From an uncultured Acidobacteriota bacterium (GTDB lineage Bacteria > Actinomycetota > Acidimicrobiia > Spongiisociales > ZC4RG35): 64,000 bases of DNA. A program made the translations under genes and the position numbers. Shown here piece after piece: positions 27,542 to 38,247 of this stretch (its first letter is position 1; every line of letters begins with the position of its first letter). The DNA lies in NCBI GenBank assembly GCA_963828465.1, contig CAWHEU010000020.1, positions 192,001-256,000 of the forward strand. Direction: 5' to 3'. A model generated the notes under the pieces. It was not told the origin of the DNA. It worked only from the letters and a program-made list of their open reading frames with translations, and ran no database searches.

Positions 27542-28347
27542 CAGAGGAGATGCTCGGGCATCGAATCGTCGACGATCTGACGCAGTTCCTCGTGGATCTT
27601 CCCGTTGGTGACCACGAATGCGGACGGCTGGAGCTCGTTGGTCGATCCCTTGCTGTCCGTCGCCGATCCACCGGCCTCGGTGACCAGCAGCATCCCGGCC
27701 GCCGCGTCCCACGGCTTGACGCCGGCCGGGCCGCCATGCTCCCAGTAGCCATCGAATCGTCCACAGGCCACCCACGCCATGTCGAGGGCGGCAGCCCCCA
27801 TGCGTCTCGTGCCCCGTGATCGCGTCATCACTTGCTCCATGACGTGAAGATAGGCACGGGCATGCTCCTGCCGGTCGTAGGGGAAACCGGTGACCAGCAG
27901 GGAGTCCAGGAGTGATGCCGCTTCGGAGACGCGGATAGGCCTCCCATTCGATCGGGCTCCCTCGCCCTGGCTGGCGACGAACTCCTCATCCCGGGCGACA
28001 TCGATCACAACGCCGACCAGCGGTCTTCCCTCGTCCCAGAGGGCGACCGATACCGCGACTTGGGGGATGCGATTGACGAAATTGACCGTGCCGTCGAGCG
28101 GATCGATGATCCACACCCGGCGTCCGCGCCAGTCTGCTCCTCCCCCTTCTTCGGCCAGGATCGAGTCGTTGGGGAAATGCGATGCGATGACGCTCGTGAT
28201 GGCGTATTCCGCCTCGTGGTCGATCTCTGTGACCGGGTCCACCACTCCCTTCATCTCAGTGGTGAACTCCTCGTCGAAGCCACGGCGCACCACGCCGGCG
28301 CCGGCCCGCGCCGCACGCACCGCAACCCAAACATCACCTTCCCACAT
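27541..28347 (-). CDS. suhB: Inositol monophosphatase (SuhB family)
   Basis: WIIDPLDGTVNF, TGFPYD, GAAALD, PWDAAAG. Confidence 0.88.
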   Translation of the reverse strand: MWEGDVWVAVRAARAGAGVVRRGFDEEFTTEMKGVVDPVTEIDHEAEYAITSVIASHFPNDSILAEEGGGADWRGRRVWIIDPLDGTVNFVNRIPQVAVSVALWDEGRPLVGVVIDVARDEEFVASQGEGARSNGRPIRVSEAASLLDSLLVTGFPYDRQEHARAYLHVMEQVMTRSRGTRRMGAAALDMAWVACGRFDGYWEHGGPAGVKPWDAAAGMLLVTEAGGSATDSKGSTNELQPSAFVVTNGKIHEELRQIVDDSMPEHLL

Positions 28348-28438
28348 GGCTTCAGGATACGGGTCGGCACACGCCGCGTTCCCGATGCAAGGCGTCACGC
28401 GGTGCAGAAAGAATCAAGCACGGCATACTCTCCCGCCG

Positions 28439-29929
28439 GTGATCGGTGGTCTTCTCGTCCTCGCCGGTGCCGTTCTATCTGCCCTGGCCTTCCCCCGGAT
28501 CGGGCCGGGCTGGCTGATCCTGCCCGGCATCGCCTTGTTCCTGGCCGGGCTGCGGATGGCGAGGAGCCGGGCTCAGGGACTCCTCTACGGGTCCCTCTAC
28601 GGGCTTGCCTTCTTCGGTGGCCTGATCTGGTGGATCGGGGAGCTGGGCCTGGTCGCGGTGGTCCCCTTGGTGGTTGCGTTTGCCGCGTTCCACGTGCTCT
28701 ACGGATGGTGGCTGTCCGGATACAACGACCGGACTCCGGGGATATGGCTGGCGTTGGCAGTCGGAGGCTGGGCCCTCATGGAGTTGATCCGGTCCTACTT
28801 CCCTTTCAACGGCTTCGAGTGGGGAGCGCCGGGGTACGCCCTCTCGGACCAGGTCTGGGCCCGGGCGTTGGCCCCTCTATACGGGACCAGCGGAATCACG
28901 GTGCTGACGGTGTTGGTCGCGGCCACCGCGGTCGCCCTCACCTTTCGCCAGCGAAAGTGGATGCTCCTCGGAGTTCCGTTGGCTGCAATCGGTGTCTTCG
29001 CGGTTTGGTCGTGGTGGCCGAGCAGCTCGACGGAGGCACTCCCTGGTGTAGACGTGGCGATCGTCCAAGGATCCACTCCATGTCCCTTCGAGCATTGCCC
29101 CCCCGACGAGCGGTTGCGCACCTTCCTCCAGCACCTCGACCTGACGAGGACCATCGAACCGGGCTCCGTGCATTTGGTTGTGTGGTCCGAGGGATCCACC
29201 GGGGGCCTGAATGCCGATCCGGTGCAGAACCCCGAGGTGGGGAACGCGATCGCCGAGGAGGCACGACGGATCGGAGCCTGGTTCCTGGTCGGTAGCGATC
29301 GCCCGCTGAGTGAGACTCAATGGGAGAACGTCAATATCGTCTTCAATCCGGAGGGGGAGATCGTGGGTGAGTACCACAAGCAGCACCCGGTTCCCTTCGG
29401 GGAGTACATCCCGTTTCGGCCGCTGTTCGACTGGATCCCCGAGCTGGACCAAGTGCCCCGGGACATGATTCCGGGCACGGGTCCGGTGGTGTTCGATACA
29501 GGTCAGCTGCGGATCGGGTCCGTGATCTCCTTCGAGGGCGGGTTCTCCCGCTATCCCCGCCAACACGCCGGAGCGGGGGCGAATCTGATCGTGGTTGCCA
29601 CCAACGAGGGCTCTTATGGGACCACCCCCGGCACGGACCAGTTCATCGGCATGACCCGGATGCGCGCTGCAGAGCTCGGTCTCGACGTGGTTCACGCCGC
29701 GGTTACCGGGAAGTCGACGTTTATCGATGCATCCGGGGCATATGGCGAAACCACCGGACTGGGTACCGAGGAGATCATCTACGGGTCGGTCGCCGGTCGC
29801 ACACCGTCCATCTACGCCCGAACCGGCGACGTCGTCATGATCGCCGCCGCCCTGGTCGGGCTCCTCACCTGGTGGCGCGCTCGGCGGCCGCTGGTAGTTT
29901 CCGCCCCCGCGATCGACGAGGAGGAGTGA
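28439..29929 (+). CDS. lnt: Apolipoprotein N-acyltransferase with Ser at the catalytic Cys position
   Basis: Multi-TM N-terminus; VQGS, WSEG, YHKQHPVPFGEYIP, VISFE, RMRAAELG. Confidence 0.88.
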   Translation: MIGGLLVLAGAVLSALAFPRIGPGWLILPGIALFLAGLRMARSRAQGLLYGSLYGLAFFGGLIWWIGELGLVAVVPLVVAFAAFHVLYGWWLSGYNDRTPGIWLALAVGGWALMELIRSYFPFNGFEWGAPGYALSDQVWARALAPLYGTSGITVLTVLVAATAVALTFRQRKWMLLGVPLAAIGVFAVWSWWPSSSTEALPGVDVAIVQGSTPCPFEHCPPDERLRTFLQHLDLTRTIEPGSVHLVVWSEGSTGGLNADPVQNPEVGNAIAEEARRIGAWFLVGSDRPLSETQWENVNIVFNPEGEIVGEYHKQHPVPFGEYIPFRPLFDWIPELDQVPRDMIPGTGPVVFDTGQLRIGSVISFEGGFSRYPRQHAGAGANLIVVATNEGSYGTTPGTDQFIGMTRMRAAELGLDVVHAAVTGKSTFIDASGAYGETTGLGTEEIIYGSVAGRTPSIYARTGDVVMIAAALVGLLTWWRARRPLVVSAPAIDEEE

Positions 29930-29935
29930 GAATCG

Positions 29936-31885
29936 ATGTCCCAGGCCCTGGAGAACCTGCTCACCGAAGACCGCAAGTTCGAGCCATCTCCCGAGTTCGC
30001 AGCCAAAGCAAAGGCCAAGCCGGGGATCCATGAGGATGCAGCGGACGACTATCTCGACTTCTGGCATCGCCAGGCCCTACAGCGCATCACCTGGCACAAG
30101 GAGCCGGCTCAAGTCCTGGACGACTCCAACCCGCCCTTCTTCAAATGGTTCGCCGACGGCGAGCTCAACATCTCCTTCAACTGCCTCGATCGTCATCTGG
30201 AGGAGCACGGCGACCAGGTTGCCTATCACTGGGTCGGCGAGCCCGGCGACAAACGCACGCTGACCTACCGGGACCTCCACTCAGAAGTGTGCCGTTTCGC
30301 CAACGGGCTTCTCGGCCTCGGCGTGGAGAAAGGCGACCGGGTCGCCATCTACATGGGCATGGTCCCAGAGCTCCCCATCGCCATGCTGGCCTGCGCCCGA
30401 CTCGGTCTGGTCCACTCGGTTGTGTTCGGCGGGTTCTCCTCCGACGCCCTCTCCAGCCGGATCCTCGACGCCGATGCCCGGGTGGTCATCACCCAGGACG
30501 GCGCGTGGCGTGCCGGAAACGTGGTCCAGCTCAAGGCCAACGCCGATGTGGCCCTGGCCAGCACTCCGGATGTCAGCCACGTCGTCGTCCTGAAGCGGAC
30601 CGACCACGGAATCGACATGACCGAGGGTCGGGATATGTGGTGGCACGACCTCGTCGAGGGTCAATCCGACGAGTGTGAGCCGGCGGTCCTGGGCGCAGAA
30701 GACCCGCTGTACATCCTCTACACCTCGGGCACGACCGGGCGCCCGAAGGGGATCGTGCACACTCAGGGTGGCTACCTGACCGGAATCGTCACGACCCATC
30801 ACTACATCTTCGATCTGGAGCCCGACACAGACACCTATTGGTGCGGCGCCGACATCGGGTGGGTCACCGGTCACAGCTACATCGTGTACGGCCCGCTCTC
30901 CAACCGGACCACGAGTGTCATGTACGAGGGCGCCCCCAATTTCCCTGATCTCGACCGTCTCTGGCAGATCATCGAGGAGTACGGGGTCACCATCTTCTAC
31001 ACCGCCCCAACCGCGATCCGCACGTTCATGAAATGGGGCGACGAGCACGTGACCAAGCACGATTTGAGCTCGCTGCGACTGATCGGGACTGTCGGCGAGC
31101 CGATCAACCCCGAGGCATGGATCTGGTACCAGGAGACGATTGGTGGAGGCGGATGCCCTGTGGTCGACACCTGGTGGCAAACAGAGACCGGGGCGGCCAT
31201 GATCAGCCCGCTTCCCGGTGTCGTGGCCACCAAGCCCGGGTCTGCCACAGTCCCTTTCCCGGGCATCTTCGCCGACGTGGTCGACGACGCCGGAGAGTCG
31301 GTCCCGCTCGGCGGCGGGGGCTATCTCGTCATCACCAAGCCATGGCCGGCGATGGCCCGGACGATCTACGGGGACGATCAGCGCTACGCCGACACGTACT
31401 GGTCGAGGTTTCCCGGCCTCTATTTCCCTGGAGACGGCGCCAAACGCGATCTCGACGGGTACTTCTGGCTGCTGGGACGCGTGGACGACATCATGCTGGT
31501 CTCGGGTCACAACATCTCCACGACCGAGGTCGAGTCGGCGCTGGTCTCTCATGTGTCCGTCGCCGAGGCAGCGGTGGTTGGCCGCCGTGATGAGGTCACC
31601 GGTCAGGCCATCGCCGCCTTCGTGACCCTTCGCTCCGGTGTCGAAGGAGATGAGGAGCTCCTTCAGGAGCTGCGGGACCACGTCGCCAACACATTGGGGC
31701 CGATCGCCAAGCCCAAGTCGATCGTCTTCACCGACGACCTTCCCAAGACCCGGTCGGGGAAGATCATGCGGCGCCTGCTTCAGGACATCTCAGAACAACG
31801 TCAGCTCGGCGACGTGACCACCCTGGCCAACGAGGCCGTCGTTCACGAGATCGCGGAAAAGGCAGCCGAAACGTCAGAGGACTGA
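29936..31885 (+). CDS. acs: Acetyl-CoA synthetase
   Basis: YTSGTTGRPKG, DTWWQTETG, LPKTRSGKIMRR. Confidence 0.96.
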   Translation: MSQALENLLTEDRKFEPSPEFAAKAKAKPGIHEDAADDYLDFWHRQALQRITWHKEPAQVLDDSNPPFFKWFADGELNISFNCLDRHLEEHGDQVAYHWVGEPGDKRTLTYRDLHSEVCRFANGLLGLGVEKGDRVAIYMGMVPELPIAMLACARLGLVHSVVFGGFSSDALSSRILDADARVVITQDGAWRAGNVVQLKANADVALASTPDVSHVVVLKRTDHGIDMTEGRDMWWHDLVEGQSDECEPAVLGAEDPLYILYTSGTTGRPKGIVHTQGGYLTGIVTTHHYIFDLEPDTDTYWCGADIGWVTGHSYIVYGPLSNRTTSVMYEGAPNFPDLDRLWQIIEEYGVTIFYTAPTAIRTFMKWGDEHVTKHDLSSLRLIGTVGEPINPEAWIWYQETIGGGGCPVVDTWWQTETGAAMISPLPGVVATKPGSATVPFPGIFADVVDDAGESVPLGGGGYLVITKPWPAMARTIYGDDQRYADTYWSRFPGLYFPGDGAKRDLDGYFWLLGRVDDIMLVSGHNISTTEVESALVSHVSVAEAAVVGRRDEVTGQAIAAFVTLRSGVEGDEELLQELRDHVANTLGPIAKPKSIVFTDDLPKTRSGKIMRRLLQDISEQRQLGDVTTLANEAVVHEIAEKAAETSED

Positions 31886-31892
31886 GGCCCGC

Positions 31893-32372
31893 TTAGGCCA
31901 GCAGCACGGTTCCGAACCAGATGGCAGCGATCAGTAGGCCGGTGGCGAGCTCGATCCCGATCGAGGTTGCAACGGCCCCCAGACTCGTCTTGGTGGCCGG
32001 CCAGGCCTGCTCAGCACCCACCCTTATCCGTTCGAAGACGTAAATGGCCAGGACGAACCCGATCGGCGCCCCCACCACCGGGATCACGAAAAGGCCAACG
32101 ATGGCAACCGCTGTTGCGATCACCAAGGTCCGGTTCGGGATCCCGACCTCGTTGAGTTTTCGTTTGGGAATCGAGTACTTGATGAACGTCCCGATCCCGG
32201 CGAGGACCAGAGCCACGATCGCGACGGCCCAGGCAGCGGCGCCACCCTTCACGAAGGCCCATAAAAAGATGGCGATCACTTCCATCACCAGACCGGGGAT
32301 GATGGGGATGACGATCCCGAAGAGTGAGACGACGATTATCAGGCCAATGGCCAGCTCGCCGAGCTCATCCAT
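31893..32372 (-). CDS. DUF456-family membrane protein
   Basis: GIVIPIIPG, GLFVIPVVGAPIGF. Confidence 0.8.
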   Translation of the reverse strand: MDELGELAIGLIIVVSLFGIVIPIIPGLVMEVIAIFLWAFVKGGAAAWAVAIVALVLAGIGTFIKYSIPKRKLNEVGIPNRTLVIATAVAIVGLFVIPVVGAPIGFVLAIYVFERIRVGAEQAWPATKTSLGAVATSIGIELATGLLIAAIWFGTVLLA

Positions 32373-32412
32373 CGGCGGATCGTAGGCGGGGGCGGGCCGG
32401 GCCGCCCCGGGC

Positions 32413-33238
32413 TCAGCCCGCAGCCAGTGCGGCTACTGCAGCGGAGGCGCCCTCGGTGAGCGGTTCGCCGTGGCCGAAGAGGGCGATCTCGTAGGTGAAT
32501 CCGCCGAGTTTGAGGATCGTCTCCATCGCCACTGTCATGTCTTCGCTGAAAGAGGGATCGGGTGGGGCGACCCCGCCGTCTGTGCCGTTGAGGGCGTCGC
32601 CGGTCACCAGGATCCCGGCGGCGGCATCGAGGACACAGATGTGCCCTGCGGTGTGGCCAGGGCTATCGATGATCTCGAGACCGAAGACGCTGTCGCCGTC
32701 ACCCACGGACTGGGGAGCTGTGGCCGAGGCGATCTGAGGGATCTCGGCCGCCCCGGCGTAGAGGGTGGCGCCCGCGGCGCGGGTCATCACGTCGTCGACA
32801 CTGCCGGCATGGTCGGGATGCTTATGGGTGAGGATGACATGCCCGACGACACCCCAGTCCAGCCCGACCTCGCCCAGGGCCGCCTCGATGGCGTCGGCAC
32901 TCCCGTCGACCCCGGTGTCGACCAGCGCCGCCTCACTCCCTCTATAGAGGATGTAGGCGGAGACGAAATCGAGGTTCACCCGCTGATAGGCGGTCATGGT
33001 CGGGCTCGTGGTGCTGGTCGCAGCGGCGCTGGTGCTCGAAGCGGCCGATGTCGATGTGGACGTGGGCGCTTCGGTGGTGGTGGTGGTTGGGTGCTCCTGT
33101 CGGAGAACCCGCCGGGGTGGTGGTGGTCCCGCCTCCGTCATCCGTACAGGCAGCGGTCCCCAGCACCATGATGGCGAGGCCGGCCTTGCCCATCTCGGCG
33201 ATCGCCATACGACGATTGATCAGACGGTGTGCGGTCAT
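32413..33238 (-). CDS. Tat-type lipoprotein, MBL-fold hydrolase (+1 frameshift in the linker near 33089)
   Basis: INRR..LGTAAC signal, Thr-rich linker, THKHPDHAG, PGHTAGH, GDAL, GHG. Confidence 0.82.
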
Positions 33239-33303
33239 TGAGACCTCCGATTTGGAGCCGATCTTCAACCTACCGGAGGAATTGACTTGTGTAACTTCCC
33301 TGC

Positions 33304-34662
33304 ATGGTTACCAAGATCACGTTGTCGGAGACCGAACTTCCCACTCACTGGTACAACGTCGTCCCCGATCTGCCGGTGCCCCCGCCACCGGTCCTTCACC
33401 CGGGGACCCATGAGCCGGTCGGCCCCGATGATCTGGCTCCGTTGTTCCCAATGGATTTGATCCTCCAGGAGGTGAGCAGCGATCGGTTCATAGAGATCCC
33501 CGAGGAGATCCGGGAGATCTACCGCTTATGGCGCCCGACCCCGATGTACCGGGCCCACAACCTGGAGAAGGTGATCGATGGCCCGGCCCGCATCTACTAC
33601 AAGTACGAAGGGGTCAGCCCGGCCGGATCGCACAAGCCGAATACGGCTGTCGCCCAGGCCTACTACAACGCCAAGGCAGGGGTCAAGAAGCTCTCCACCG
33701 AGACCGGAGCAGGGCAGTGGGGCTCAGCCCTCTCCTTCGCCTGCGCCCTCTTCGGTCTCGAATGCGAGGTGTTCATGGTCCGGTCCTCGTATGACCAGAA
33801 GCCGTATCGCAAGGCGATGATCGAGACCTGGGGGGCCACGGTCCATTCCTCGCCATCGGAGCTGACCCAGGCCGGCCGCTCGATCCGGGAGGCCGATCCC
33901 GAAACGCCCGGGAGCCTCGGCATCGCAATCTCCGAGGCGGTGGAGGTGGCGGCGACCGATGACGACACGAAGTACTCCTTGGGCTCGGTTCTCAACCATG
34001 TCCTGATGCATCAGACAGTGATCGGTGAGGAGGCTCTCAAACAACTCGCACTGGTCGAGGAGACTCCCGATGTCATCATCGGGTGCGCTGGGGGTGGCTC
34101 CAATTTCGCCGGATTCAGCTTCCCCTTCGTCAGGGAGAAGTTGGCAGGGAAGATGGACCCCGTGATCCGCGCTGTCGAGCCGGCGGCGGCGCCATCCCTG
34201 ACCCGGGGCAGCTATCAGTTCGACTTCGGGGACACGGTCGGGATGACGCCCCTGGTGAAGATGCACACCCTCGGGCACGACTTCGTGCCCGATCCGATTC
34301 ACGCCGGCGGTCTCCGCTATCACGGGATGGCACCGCTGGTATCGCTGCTCAAGGAGGAAGGGATCATCGAGGCCGAGTCCCTACAACAGACGGAGGCCTT
34401 TGGCCGCGCCGTGCAGTTCGCCCGGGCCGAGGGGATCATCCCTGGTCCCGAGCCCGCCCATGCGGTGGCTTCGACGATGATGGAGGCGGAGCGGGCCAAG
34501 GAAGCGGGCGAGGAGAAGGTGATCGTCTTCAACTTGTCGGGCCATGGCCACTTCGACATGGCCGCCTACCAGGAATACCTCGACGGCGCCCTCATCGATT
34601 ACGAATACCCCGCGGAGCGCATCGCGGCCGCCATGGAGCGGGTGCCGGTGGTAGCCGGATAG
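33304..34662 (+). CDS. trpB2: Tryptophan synthase beta type 2
   Basis: [37 protein letters not shown]. Confidence 0.94.
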   Translation: MVTKITLSETELPTHWYNVVPDLPVPPPPVLHPGTHEPVGPDDLAPLFPMDLILQEVSSDRFIEIPEEIREIYRLWRPTPMYRAHNLEKVIDGPARIYYKYEGVSPAGSHKPNTAVAQAYYNAKAGVKKLSTETGAGQWGSALSFACALFGLECEVFMVRSSYDQKPYRKAMIETWGATVHSSPSELTQAGRSIREADPETPGSLGIAISEAVEVAATDDDTKYSLGSVLNHVLMHQTVIGEEALKQLALVEETPDVIIGCAGGGSNFAGFSFPFVREKLAGKMDPVIRAVEPAAAPSLTRGSYQFDFGDTVGMTPLVKMHTLGHDFVPDPIHAGGLRYHGMAPLVSLLKEEGIIEAESLQQTEAFGRAVQFARAEGIIPGPEPAHAVASTMMEAERAKEAGEEKVIVFNLSGHGHFDMAAYQEYLDGALIDYEYPAERIAAAMERVPVVAG

Positions 34663-34701
34663 CTACCGTAAGTAGGTGGCGCCGTATGTGGCGTTGCACC
34701 G

Positions 34702-35485
34702 ATGGAGAAAGCGAGAGACATGCCCGGTCCAACCGATATATCCGGTGAAGAGCTGCAGAAAGTGCTCGACTTGTTGAGCGGAGCCGACAGCGTTGAGTTG
34801 AAGCTGACCCTGCTCGAAGGCCGCCGGGCAGGCGTGGCCCGGACGCTGGGGATCGATGCGATGGATGCCCAGATCCGTCAGGTCTTCTTCTTCGACACTC
34901 CCCAACTCGACCTCAACTCTGCCGGCGTCGTGGTTCGAGCGCGTCGACGTCAGAACGAGATGGGGGACACAGTCATCAAGATCAGACCGGTCGACCCTGG
35001 CGATCTCTCGAGTGATCTGCGGGCCGACCCCGAGTTCGGGGTCGAAGTAGATGCCATGCCGGGTGGCTACGTATGCTCAGCCTCGTTCAAGGGCGCGGCC
35101 GACAACGCCGAGATCCGGGAAGTCGCTGGTGGCGGGGGCAAGGTGCGCAAGTTGTTCTCCAAAGCGGCAACGGGCCTTCTACGAAGAGCACGCTCCCGCG
35201 GGTGTGGAGTTGGACGATTTGCAGATCCTCGGCCCGATCCTGACTCTGAGGGTGAAGTTTCAATCGGAGGGTTACAAACGCCCCATGGTTGGCGAGATGT
35301 GGCTCTATCCGGACGGGTCGCAGGTGATCGAGCTCTCCACCAAGACCAAGCCTTCCGAGGCATTCCAGGCGGGGGTGGAATGGCGGGGGTTCCTGGAGTC
35401 GAAAGACATCGACATTTCGGGGGAGCAGCAGACCAAGACCAAGATCGCTCTCGAGTTCTTCACCAAGGCCGGATCAGCGGCCTGA
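34702..35485 (+). CDS. CYTH-like (triphosphate tunnel) domain protein (+1 frameshift near 35161)
   Basis: VELKL N-terminal motif, FFDTPQLDL, RARR, ELSTK; two ORFs join. Confidence 0.7.
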
Positions 35486-36239
35486 AGTCGAGAAGTGCTG
35501 GTAGTCCTTGGCCGAGGACCAGGTGCCGCCCCAGGTCCACCCGTGGGCGGCAAACGCCTCCACCACCACGTCACCATCGTGGATCATCCCGGGTGTGTCG
35601 AGGCTTCGATCGGCGTAGGCGGCGCCCTCGGGCGGCAGGACCGTTCCCCCGACTACATACGGGTTGACCAGGGGGTTCATGTCGATTGCCGTCCCGTAGG
35701 AGTGCTCTGACCACGACGACCCGCCGGTCACGGGTCTGCAATTGAACGCGCTCGGTGTTGTTCGCCGCCATGCTCAGGTCGTCATCGCCCTCGTAGACGT
35801 CGACGGGTTCGATGCGTTCGATTGGGAAGCCGGCCCCGAACAGCTGGGCCATGACCTCGACGATGTCCTCTGCCACCTCGCCGGCAACGACCAGCCTCCC
35901 GGTGTGCACCTCGCCGTCGTATCCGAAATGAGAGACGTCTACCGCACGCAGAGATTCCACATCCAGCGGGCAGCCCTCTCGCCAGGATGAAGGGAGATCG
36001 GACGCGTCGACCGGGCTGATGGATGATTGAAAGACCGGAGAAGTTTCAGTGGTGACCACCGGTGTCGTGGTGGCCGCCGGAGCCATGGTCGTCGACGACG
36101 CGGTGGAAGGCGGCGCGGTGGTCGTGGTGGTGGAGGCCATCGTGGTGGCGGCAGGCCCGGATTCGGGTTGGAGCAACAGCACCACCAAGCCCACCAAGCC
36201 GATGGCGGCTGCGATGAGAAGCAGCCGGGTCCGGTTCAG
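35474..36239 (-). CDS. M15 family peptidase, D-Ala-D-Ala carboxypeptidase-like (+1 frameshift near 35753; start uncertain)
   Basis: N-terminal TM, NNT-SAFNCR, SEHSYGTAIDMNP..NPY, WGG.W...DYQHF. Confidence 0.82.
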
Positions 36240-37520
36240 CGGTCCTGGCCCTCCCAGCTGCTCAGACCCTCGTCGACCAGGTCGAGAGCCCAGTCGAGCT
36301 CCTCTCGGGTCGTGATCAGAGGTGGGATGAAGCGAATCACGTTGGCATCCGGACCGCAGTTGATGACGATCAGCTCACGGTCGAAGGCATGCTTCTCGAC
36401 GTGGGTGAAGGCGGTGGCGTCCGGGAGTGCGACTCTCCCGGTCGGTCACCAGCTCGACGCCGATCATCAGGCCGAGGCCGCGAACGTCGCCGATGGTGGG
36501 GTGACTGTCGGCCATCTCATTGAATCGCTCGAAGGTGCGCTTGGAAAGCTCACGGGCGTGTGGGAGCAGGCCTTCCATGGTGTCGATCACGGCGACGGAG
36601 GCCGCGGTCGATACCGGATTGCCGCCGTATGTGGTGCCGTGCGCCCCCCTGGGCCAGGCATCGATCGTCTCCCGCGAGGAGCCGTATGCCGAGAGGGGGA
36701 GGCCATTGGCGATTCCCTTGCCCATGGCCATGATGTCCGGCTTGGCGTCGTAGTGATCTGAGGCGAACCACTCGGCCGTCCGCCCGAAACCGGACTGCAC
36801 CTCGTCGTAGAGCAACTTGATCCCGTGCTCGTCCGCCATCTCTCGGAGAGCGTCGAGAAAGCGGGCAGGGGCGGGGTAGTAGCCACCCTCACCCTGCACC
36901 GGCTCGATGAGAAAGCAGGCGATGTTCTTCGGTGTCACCACGTGCTTGAACATCATTTGCAATTCGTTCAGGGAGAAATCGGTCGCCTCGTCCTCGGTCA
37001 TGCCCCATCGGTAGGGGTGGGGGTAGGGGGTCACGAACACCGAGCCGAGCACCGGGTGATATCCGTCCCGGTATTTCGCATTCGAGGTCGTGTAGGTGAC
37101 TGAGCCCATGGTGCGGCCGTGGAACGCACCCCGGAACGCGATGACACCCTGTCTGCCCGTGGTGTGCTTGGCCAGTTTCACCGCCGCCTCCACCGCCTCG
37201 GCCCCGGAATTGGCGAAGCTGAACTTCTCGATACCAGGTGGCGTGATCGCCCGCAGACGCTCGGCGGCCTCGACGATCGAGTCATAGCGGACGATGCAGC
37301 CCGAGTGCACCAGGTTGTCCAACTGACGATGCGCCGCCTCGATCACGGCCGGGTGGTTGTGACCCAGGTTGGTCACTGCGGTTCCGCAGGCGTAGTCCGC
37401 CCAGCGTCTCCCGTCGACGTCCGTGATCCAGATCCCCTCGGCCTTGGCGGCGTGGATATCCGTGTCGAAGGCGAGCACGGGGGCGAGAACTTCGTTGTGT
37501 CTGCTCAGGAAATCGGACAT
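36236..37520 (-). CDS. Class III aminotransferase, GabT-like (+1 frameshift near 36422)
   Basis: NSGAEAVE, FHGRT, EPVQGEGG, DEVQSGFGRT, GKGIANG; C-terminal VIRFIPPL in the shifted frame. Confidence 0.88.
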
Positions 37521-37569
37521 CGGGGGATGCTACCGGCTCGTTGGCGCCGGTAGAAGTGGCCAAACCGAA

Positions 37570-37601
37570 TGCAGGGCGTCATCTATCCGTGACGCCCTGC
37601 A
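37570..37601. repeat. Perfect 12-bp inverted repeat (REP-like or terminator)
   Basis: TGCAGGGCGTCA-N8-TGACGCCCTGCA. Confidence 0.65.
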
Positions 37602-37620
37602 CCAAATATGCAATCTGCGG

Positions 37621-38148
37621 CTAGCGGTTCTTGATCCCCAGATAGATCCCGGCCACGCCGTCGACGAGGAGCAGGACGGCGAACAGGGTTATGAGGAGCT
37701 CTGTGGAGAACTCGGCGTTGAACAGGATGAGGAGGCCGATCAGGACGCTGACGGCTCCGAACACGAAAGCCCCGACGCCTCCGCCACGGAACGCGCCGAT
37801 GATGGAGGTCACGCCGACCACGATCCCGATGATCCCGAGGATGACGCCGATCACTCCCTGGAACACGTCCGCCGCCTCGCCGGGGTTGGTCAGGACCAGG
37901 AAGCCGGCCACGACACCCAGAACGCCGATGATCAGCTTCCACCACATGTCGGTGCGGTCGACGAAGACGGCGAAGATCATGAAGGCGCCCTGGATCAGCC
38001 ACCACAACCCCAGGATCACCATCAGCAGGGATATCGCCTCATCCTGGCGGACGAGGAGGATTATCCCGAAGATCAGGGCGGTGACACCTCCCAGGACGAA
38101 GGCGTAGTTGATCGTCCGATCCGGCGGGCTGCTACTCACCGTCTCCAT
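37621..38148 (-). CDS. HdeD/DUF308 family membrane protein
   Basis: Six hydrophobic segments in a repeated Gly-rich pattern; AAGGAG SD. Confidence 0.8.
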   Translation of the reverse strand: METVSSSPPDRTINYAFVLGGVTALIFGIILLVRQDEAISLLMVILGLWWLIQGAFMIFAVFVDRTDMWWKLIIGVLGVVAGFLVLTNPGEAADVFQGVIGVILGIIGIVVGVTSIIGAFRGGGVGAFVFGAVSVLIGLLILFNAEFSTELLITLFAVLLLVDGVAGIYLGIKNR

Positions 38149-38247
38149 GGCGGCTCCTTTGGGTTAGGCGACGGCGATCACGCTACATACGACCTCGTTC
38201 GTCGGGACGGCAAGAAACGAAGCTTGCACCTGTAGCTTTCACTCCCG

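Noticed and set aside
36236-36239. CTG start codon of the M15 peptidase overlapping the upstream TGA
   Set aside because: Plausible through translational coupling, but it cannot be distinguished from a base error or a downstream TTG/GTG start
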